The notes under the pieces are model-generated. The model was not told where the DNA came from. It made no database searches and saw only the letters and a list, made by a program, of their open reading frames with translations. A stretch of DNA of 64,000 nucleotides from Deltaproteobacteria bacterium. GTDB taxonomy: Bacteria > Myxococcota_A > Polyangia > Fen-1088. The stretch's first letter is position 1, and the number at the start of each line of letters is the position of its first letter. Position numbers and translations under genes: made by a program. The stretch covers positions 128,001 through 192,000 of the forward strand of contig JANRKS010000019.1 in the NCBI GenBank assembly GCA_033763315.1, given 5' to 3'. Below are positions 57,517 to 64,000 of this stretch, one piece after another.

Positions 57517-60500
57517 ACACAGGCGGTCGACGTCGCCGCGGCACGGTCATGGCTTGTCGTGCGTGCCTTTTCGCTGTTGCGCTCTTGAGCGCGTTGACCC
57601 AGCGCCAGATCGCGCAGGCGGCCGAAGGGGTGAACCCGTATGACGCCCGGTTGCAAACGGCGGTTGAAAAGTTACGCAAGGCGGGAGCGAGCGCTACCGC
57701 CGTCGGGCCCGTGTTTGAGTTGGCCGAGCTTAACGAGCGCGTGCCCGACCGCGATTGGTCGCAGCCGTTGGCGGACGTCGTGGAGGGCAAAGGTGATCCT
57801 TTGGTGCAGGCGTGGGCCGCGTTTCATTTGGCGCGTCTGCGCGATGATCAGGGGCGTGCAGATGAAGCGGCGGCATTGCGCAAGCGGCTTGGGCTGATTG
57901 AATCGTTTTGGGTGATGGGTCCGTTCGATGCCCAAAGCCGCGCGGCTTTGGAGGCGCCATGGGCCGCCGAACTGACGCCGCTGCAGCCCCACGGAGCGAC
58001 CACGTTTGAAGGCAAAGAACAAACCGTGACCTGGCGGCGCGCCGAAGATGTGGCGCGCATGGGCGTGACTTTGTTGGACGCGGCGCTCGCGCCGCAACAA
58101 GAAGCCGGCGCCCTGCTGTTTGTTTACGTGCACAGCGATCGTGAGCAGCCGGCCGCGTTGCGTTTGGGCTCGTCGGGGCCGGTGAAGGCGTGGGTCAACG
58201 GCGCGCCTGTGTTCTCGAGCGAAGTGCAACGCATCGCCCGGTTGGATCAGGATGCCGCGCTGCTGGCGCTCAAAAAGGGCGAAAACACGTTGGTGATCAA
58301 AACGCTGAGTTTGGAGGGCGCCTGGCGCATCGTTGTGCGTTTGACGAAGCTCGACGGGCGGGCCTTGCAGGGCGTGCATTCTTCATTGCAGGGCCAAGGT
58401 GCAGCCGTCTTGGGGCAGGCTCGCAGGCTTGTGGCGGGCCCGGCGCCGAGGCACCTCGGCCGCCAGCTTGAAATCGGTTGGCAAAGCGCCTTGAAGAGCA
58501 AACGCACAGCGGAGGCTCGTGTGTGGGCTGAGGCTTTGGCCCGGCTGTGGGCGTACGCGAACCCGTTCGACAAGGATGAAAAGCCGGTCGAGCGCGTGTT
58601 GAACACAACGCTCGCCGCGGGAGAAGATTTCACGCTGCGTCGTTTGTTGGGCGAGACCGCCGTGCAAGACAACGATCGACGTACCGCCTTGCAGGCCGCC
58701 TTGCCGCTCACCACGAATCTTTCTGAACGCTGCTTGCTGCTTTGCGATCTGGTGGAGTTGGCACAAACGGCGAGGCGACCGGTGCAGGCCGTTGCCCTGC
58801 GCAACCAGGCGTTGGGTCTGCCCGCTGACGTCGCGTGTTGGCCGGCGGTGCTTTCTGTTGCAGAGGATCAGCGGGTGGCCTCGTTGCCCGCGCTGGCACG
58901 TGACGCTTTAGACGTGCTACCGCCACCCATTCGCGCGTTGCCGCTTGTGCGTAAACGCCAGGCGCGTGCGCTGCATAGCCTGGGGCTAATCAAAGAGGCA
59001 CGGGCTGAACTGCAGGCGGTCGCCGCCGAGCGTCCGAGCGATCCGGATGTGCTTGATGCCTTGATGTCCGACGCGCGCGCCACCGCGCAGACGCCGGCGT
59101 TGCTTCAACTGACTGAAGCGATGGCAAAGCGTCGGCCCGACCTTTCGTTCTTGGTTGTGGATCTCGCCAAGGTGCAAGAGGGCGCTGGGCAGACACAGGC
59201 CGCGCTCAATACGCTCGACGCCGCTTTGGCACGCGTGCCAGGCGCGGCCGAATTACATGAAGCCAAAGGGCGCTTGCTCGCGCGCTTGTTGCGGCCCGCT
59301 GAGGCGGCGGCGGCGTTGGAGCATGCTTTGGCCTTGCGCCCGCAAAACCCGACGTTGCGCAAATACATGGAGGCGCTGGCGCGGCAGGCGTCAGGTGGCA
59401 ACGCCGACGAAGCCGCCGCAGATCTGGCGCGCCGTTATGCCACCGATGTGTGGGAGACAGCCAAGCGCGCGTTGCAGGCCGGCGTCCCCGCGCAGCCTGC
59501 GGACGCAGCCCACGTGCTGCTTGACCGCAAGGTGGTGCACGTGCACGAAAATGGGCTTTCGGAAATGTTCGCGCAGCGTTTGGTTCACGTGCTGACGGAG
59601 CCCGGTGCACGCGCGAATGATTCATTCTTCATTCGCTACACGCCGGGTTCGCAGGAAGTGGAGGTGCGCCAGGCGCGTGTGTTTCGCAAGAACGCGAGCG
59701 GGGTTGTGGAAACGTCATCGGCCACTGGGCGCGACGATCGTGATCTGTCCGAGCCCTGGTACGCGCTTTACTACGACAACCGCGCCGAGGTTGTGACATT
59801 CGAGGGATTGCGGCCGGGCGATGTGGTGGAGATTCAATACACCGTTGCCGACGTGTCTGCCCGGAACGAGTTGGCCGGGTACTTCGGTGACTTTCAGTTC
59901 GTGGCGGAAACCATCCCCACCGACGTGTGGCAATACACGCTCGTAGGGCCGAAGAACAAGAAGTTCTACTTTCACGAGCCCTCGCTCACCGGCTTTTCGC
60001 GCAAGCAAGCTTCGCGCGGGGCGGACACCGAATACCAGTTCGAGGCCCGCGACGTTCCGAAAATGCGGCCTGAACCATCCATGCCGGGTTGGGCCGAGGT
60101 GGCGCCGTATTTTCACGTGAGCACCTACGAAACGTGGGATCAGGTTGGGCGTTGGTACTGGAACTTGGTGGCCGACCAGTTGGTGCCGGACGCTGAAGTG
60201 AAACGACGTGCGATTGACGCCGTAAAAGGCCTGACGTCATTGCAAGACAAAGTGCAAGCGATTCACAAGCTGGTGATTCAAGGCACGCGTTACGTCGCGC
60301 TTGAGTTTGGCATTCATGGCTATAAGCCATATCGGGTATCGCAGGTGTTGTCGCGTCGGTTTGGTGATTGCAAAGACAAGGCGTCGTTGATGGTTGCGAT
60401 GCTCAAAAGCGTGGGCGTGGATGCGCAGATCGTTTTGCTTCGCACGCGTCGGGGTGGCCAACTGGATCCGAGCCCAGCGTCGCTGGCGGTGTTCGATCAC

Positions 60501-61304
60501 GCGATTGCCTATGTGCCCGCGCTAAATATGTATCTTGATGGCACGGCCGAATTTTCGGGCATGAATGAGCTTCCCCATCAAGATCAGGCGACGATAGCGC
60601 TGCGGGTGTGGCCCGGCGGTTCGCAGTTGGTCACAACGCCCGTGTTGCCATCGCAAACGAATAGGGCTTTGCGCACCTGGGATGCCGATGTGTCTGCCGA
60701 TGGCACGGCCACGATCAACGAGGTTGTGCGCATCGTGGGGCAGGCCGCTCCTGAGTGGCGGCAGCATTACCAAACCGAAGGCGAACGCCTTGAGAAATAC
60801 GGCAAGGTCTGGAACGCACGTTATCCGGGAGCCACTGTGCAAGATCTGAAGTTCACCGGCGTGGGTGATCCAAACGAGCCTGTGCAGGTCACGGCAAAGA
60901 TCAACGTGCCAGCGTTGGCTGAACCGCAGGGTGAACAATACTTGTTGCCACTGTCGTCGCGCCCGCCTGAATATTTGCGGGCGTATGCCCGGCTATCGGA
61001 GCGAAGAACGGACTTGTTGCTGGCATACCCTTGGCAGCACGAAGAAACCCTGAGCTATCGTTTGCCTGAAGGTTTTGTGGCAGTGCAGGTGCCGAACCCT
61101 GTTTCGCTGAAGGCGCCGTTTGGTCAATTTGAGTTTGCTGTGAAACCCTCAAGCGACGGCCGCGTCGTGACGGTGTTTAGCCGGCTTGACATGCAAGAGC
61201 AGCGATTCACGCCTGCGGACTATCCGGCGTTCCGCACATTCTTGGGAACTCTTGAAGCGGCTTTGCGGGGGCGCGTTGTGATCGGGAAGGTCAACACGCC
61301 ATGA
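57513..61304 (+). CDS. Exported TPR, DUF3857 and transglutaminase-like protein
   Basis: Catalytic triad 'GDCKDKA', 'FDHAI', 'YLDGT'; 'LRPGDVVEIQY' DUF3857; TPR-like helices. Confidence 0.88.
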   Translation: MNTGGRRRRGTVMACRACLFAVALLSALTQRQIAQAAEGVNPYDARLQTAVEKLRKAGASATAVGPVFELAELNERVPDRDWSQPLADVVEGKGDPLVQAWAAFHLARLRDDQGRADEAAALRKRLGLIESFWVMGPFDAQSRAALEAPWAAELTPLQPHGATTFEGKEQTVTWRRAEDVARMGVTLLDAALAPQQEAGALLFVYVHSDREQPAALRLGSSGPVKAWVNGAPVFSSEVQRIARLDQDAALLALKKGENTLVIKTLSLEGAWRIVVRLTKLDGRALQGVHSSLQGQGAAVLGQARRLVAGPAPRHLGRQLEIGWQSALKSKRTAEARVWAEALARLWAYANPFDKDEKPVERVLNTTLAAGEDFTLRRLLGETAVQDNDRRTALQAALPLTTNLSERCLLLCDLVELAQTARRPVQAVALRNQALGLPADVACWPAVLSVAEDQRVASLPALARDALDVLPPPIRALPLVRKRQARALHSLGLIKEARAELQAVAAERPSDPDVLDALMSDARATAQTPALLQLTEAMAKRRPDLSFLVVDLAKVQEGAGQTQAALNTLDAALARVPGAAELHEAKGRLLARLLRPAEAAAALEHALALRPQNPTLRKYMEALARQASGGNADEAAADLARRYATDVWETAKRALQAGVPAQPADAAHVLLDRKVVHVHENGLSEMFAQRLVHVLTEPGARANDSFFIRYTPGSQEVEVRQARVFRKNASGVVETSSATGRDDRDLSEPWYALYYDNRAEVVTFEGLRPGDVVEIQYTVADVSARNELAGYFGDFQFVAETIPTDVWQYTLVGPKNKKFYFHEPSLTGFSRKQASRGADTEYQFEARDVPKMRPEPSMPGWAEVAPYFHVSTYETWDQVGRWYWNLVADQLVPDAEVKRRAIDAVKGLTSLQDKVQAIHKLVIQGTRYVALEFGIHGYKPYRVSQVLSRRFGDCKDKASLMVAMLKSVGVDAQIVLLRTRRGGQLDPSPASLAVFDHAIAYVPALNMYLDGTAEFSGMNELPHQDQATIALRVWPGGSQLVTTPVLPSQTNRALRTWDADVSADGTATINEVVRIVGQAAPEWRQHYQTEGERLEKYGKVWNARYPGATVQDLKFTGVGDPNEPVQVTAKINVPALAEPQGEQYLLPLSSRPPEYLRAYARLSERRTDLLLAYPWQHEETLSYRLPEGFVAVQVPNPVSLKAPFGQFEFAVKPSSDGRVVTVFSRLDMQEQRFTPADYPAFRTFLGTLEAALRGRVVIGKVNTP

Positions 61305-64000
61305 AAAACATGCTGCGCCTCGCAGTTCTGGCGGTGTGGGCCGTCACCTCGGCGTGTGCCACCACAAACACGGGCTCGTCTGGTTTTGCAGGCCTCGCAA
61401 GCACGCAGCAAGGGTGGCGCCACCTGGTGGCCGGCGACGCCTCCCGTGCACGTGCGTCCTTCGCGCAAGGCAAAGGCTTTGACGCTTTCGCCGTTTTCGG
61501 CAGCGCGTTCGTGGCGTACGAGCATGGTGAGACTGAACGCGCGTTGGCAGATGTATCGCGCTTGCTGAGCGCCGCGGGTTCGCCTGGCGCTGAGCCGTGG
61601 ACACAATGGTTGGCCACCGCCGGCGCCAGCTGGCTCAGCACGCTGGTGTACGAGAGCCCAGCGTGGCGAGAGCAGGTGGACGTTTTGTCGTCGCAGCTCT
61701 TGTTGCCACTGCCGTGGCAAGCGCGGATTGAAATGCTGCAGGCCGCAGACGACACGGCTCGCCGCGCTGGCCGTGCCGACGCCTTGGCTCGGCTTGCGCA
61801 AATTGCGGCTTGCCCATCGCAGGCGAGCTTGACCGGCTCCGCTGGGTTGCGCCCCATGTTGGATCTGTTGAGCCCGCCCCGTGGGTTTCCTTCGGCGACT
61901 GCCGTGCTGATTTCGGGTTGCCGTGCGCAGGTGCCGCCACAGGCCTCAATGCCCGGCGTGCTCGTCGTGAAGTCGAAGCTCACAGTCGCCCAAGAGGGTC
62001 CGCACGATGTTGTGCTCGAATACCGTGGAATCGCTGCGGTGAAAATTGACGGTGGGTCGTGGCACACGCACGGCAGCGTGGACACGTGGGGCCCGCACCG
62101 ATCTTCAGTGCGGGTGCCGCTGACGCCGGGCGTGCACGACGTTGAATTGCGTCTGTCGACGTTCGGTGGCGGCGCTGACTATTGGTTGGCCGCCTTTGCC
62201 GCCCCGAAAGAGATTCTTGATGCTCCGCCGCTTGCGCTGCGTGACACGCCGAAAGATCTCGCTGCGCCGTTGACCGCGCTGTCGCATGTGCTTGTCGCGC
62301 GGCTTGTGGGGCAATGGAACGAGGGCCTGTCGCAGGCCAAAACCTTGGTGGCGATGCGTTCCTTTGCGCTGGGATTGGTGGAAGCGGGTCGAATGCTGGA
62401 AGCGGAGCCCACGCGGCCCGACAACCTCACACGTGATGCCGCGCGCACCGTGTGGCGTCTAGCTGTGGAGCAGGACCCTGGGCTTGTGCGCGCGCGCCTG
62501 GCGTTGTCTGCGCTTGAAAACATCGAAGGTCGTCCACGTGAAGCCACGGCTATGGCGATGGCAGCGATGGATGCAGCGCCGCGGTGGTGGCCGGCGGCGT
62601 TGGCCGCCCATGAGGCGTTGACCACCGAAGGCCTTGAAGCCCAAGCCGATAAGGCGCTCGACGCGGCGTGGACGCAGGTGCAGCAGCACGAAGGCCGGCC
62701 GTGGGCGTGCCCCGTGATCGAGGCCATGCTGCGGCGGGTGCGACAACGCGAACAGCTCGCGCTCGTGGATGGCCTGCTGCAAAAACAGCATGACTGCGAA
62801 GCGCGCGACACCGGCCTTGCCGCGCGCTTTGTGGAACGCGGGCAACCCGACCCAGCGGCGCGCGCCTATGAGAGCGCGGCGCAGTTTTCGTCGTCGCCAC
62901 AATGGCTTGCGCCGGATCTTGCCACCACTTGGGCCGCGCAAGGGCAAACGACCCGCGCCGTGGCGCTGCTGCAAGCCCAATCAGAGCGATGGCCGCGTGA
63001 GCCATCATTCCTCTTGCGGCTGGCAAACCTACATGCGCAAAACAAAAACGAACCGGCCGCCACAGCCACGTTGCAAAGGGCCGTGCGTGCGTTTCCTGCG
63101 GCGGCCGAAGTACGACAGGCGGCGTTGGCGGCAAAGGTCGCTTTGCCCATGGAGGCCGAGCGCTTGCCTGGCCTGCTTGCGATCGACGCCTTCATGAAAA
63201 GCGGGCACACATACGACGCACCGGCTGTGTTCGTCTTGGATCGCTTGGTTGAGCGCATCTTTCCCGATGGCGGGCGCGCTCTGTTAACCCACAGCATTGT
63301 GCGCGTGCAATCCAAAGACGCGCTTGATCGGTGGGGCGAGGTGAACGTGCCCGCAGGCGCCGAAGTGTTGACGCTGCGAACGGTGAAACCAGATCTCACT
63401 GTGCGAGAGCCCGAGGACATCTTCGGAAAGGAAACGGTGTCAGCGCCCGAGCTTGAACCGGGGGATTTCATTGAGTGGGAAACGCTGGAATTTGTGGAAC
63501 CTTCAGCCGCTTTCGGCACTGGGTTCGTAAGCCCGCGATTTTATTTTCAATCGAACGAAGCACCGCTCGAACGCAGCGAGTACATCGTCGTTTCTCCCAA
63601 GGGATGGAAGCTTGACTTTGATGTGCGCGCCGGCGCTCCAGCCGCCATCATGCAAACACAAACGAGCGAACTTGTGCGTTACCAGTATGTGGCTACACGC
63701 GTGCCGCAAGTGTTCCCAGAGCGCGCTTCGGTGCCCGCTCTTTACTGGATCCCCAGCGTGCGCCTTTGCAGCGGCGTGAATCTGCGCGCGTGGGCCGGGT
63801 TCGTGGATGATCGTCTGAGCACGATGGCTCGCAGCAACCCCGACTTGGTAAAAGCGGCGCAAACAGTTTTGGCGGCCGCCGGTGGGGAACGCGCCACGCC
63901 TTGGCAACGTGCCGAGGCTCTTGTGCACTGGGTGACCGAATCCATTGAAGCGGAGGGCGGTGCCGATGAGCCGGCTTCCTTTGCGGTGGCGCGCGGGCGC
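61301..64000 (+). CDS. Lipoprotein with TPR-like helices and a DUF3857 domain (3' truncated by the window; absent from the ORF track)
   Basis: ATG 61301 overlaps the upstream stop; MKNMLRLAVLAVWAVTSAC lipobox; 'APAVFVLDRLVERIFPDG', 'LEPGDFIEW'. Confidence 0.8.
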   Translation, partial: MKNMLRLAVLAVWAVTSACATTNTGSSGFAGLASTQQGWRHLVAGDASRARASFAQGKGFDAFAVFGSAFVAYEHGETERALADVSRLLSAAGSPGAEPWTQWLATAGASWLSTLVYESPAWREQVDVLSSQLLLPLPWQARIEMLQAADDTARRAGRADALARLAQIAACPSQASLTGSAGLRPMLDLLSPPRGFPSATAVLISGCRAQVPPQASMPGVLVVKSKLTVAQEGPHDVVLEYRGIAAVKIDGGSWHTHGSVDTWGPHRSSVRVPLTPGVHDVELRLSTFGGGADYWLAAFAAPKEILDAPPLALRDTPKDLAAPLTALSHVLVARLVGQWNEGLSQAKTLVAMRSFALGLVEAGRMLEAEPTRPDNLTRDAARTVWRLAVEQDPGLVRARLALSALENIEGRPREATAMAMAAMDAAPRWWPAALAAHEALTTEGLEAQADKALDAAWTQVQQHEGRPWACPVIEAMLRRVRQREQLALVDGLLQKQHDCEARDTGLAARFVERGQPDPAARAYESAAQFSSSPQWLAPDLATTWAAQGQTTRAVALLQAQSERWPREPSFLLRLANLHAQNKNEPAATATLQRAVRAFPAAAEVRQAALAAKVALPMEAERLPGLLAIDAFMKSGHTYDAPAVFVLDRLVERIFPDGGRALLTHSIVRVQSKDALDRWGEVNVPAGAEVLTLRTVKPDLTVREPEDIFGKETVSAPELEPGDFIEWETLEFVEPSAAFGTGFVSPRFYFQSNEAPLERSEYIVVSPKGWKLDFDVRAGAPAAIMQTQTSELVRYQYVATRVPQVFPERASVPALYWIPSVRLCSGVNLRAWAGFVDDRLSTMARSNPDLVKAAQTVLAAAGGERATPWQRAEALVHWVTESIEAEGGADEPASFAVARGR

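Noticed and set aside
61291-63945. Minus-strand ORFs at the right end
   Set aside because: Shadows of a plus-strand gene starting at 61301 that runs off the window

Overview
GC-rich bacterial DNA whose gene content points to Myxococcota: two MYXO-CTERM-like surface proteins, PEGA, TPR and Cys-rich lipoproteins, and a myxobacterial-type gspK-L-M-N. In order, the window holds: the end of a type II secretion operon; a sensor-less sigma54 activator; two giant Cys-rich repeat proteins (VWA...MYXO-CTERM and lipoprotein...FGE/CLec); a sigma54-driven GGDEF gene; slyD; a glycosyltransferase; HAD-hmgL-enoyl-CoA hydratase-carboxyltransferase-moeA; a PEGA protein; AraC plus a planctomycete-type PSD1/DUF1501 pair; a TraA/TraB-like adhesin plus OmpA pair; aroC and speA; a three-gene cytochrome/cytochrome-porin cluster; a DUF6036-type toxin-antitoxin-like pair; an AT-hook protein; Zn-free rpmB and rpsN around orn; a GNAT TA pair; a radical SAM enzyme; an M16 protease pair; a heterodimeric ABC exporter; a TPR plus Cys-rich lipoprotein pair; a UbiA-family gene; an ECF sigma; and two DUF3857/transglutaminase proteins. 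The most unexpected structure is at 40.69-42.05 kb. There a minus-strand promoter-to-terminator unit occurs twice and brackets the DUF6036 pair. One copy encodes an unannotated, apparently leaderless 66-aa peptide with seven consecutive Arg. The other copy lacks the ORF and would give a roughly 70-nt RNA. I saw no rRNA, tRNA, CRISPR array, integrase or transposase. All family assignments come from motif recognition by eye, not from database searches.
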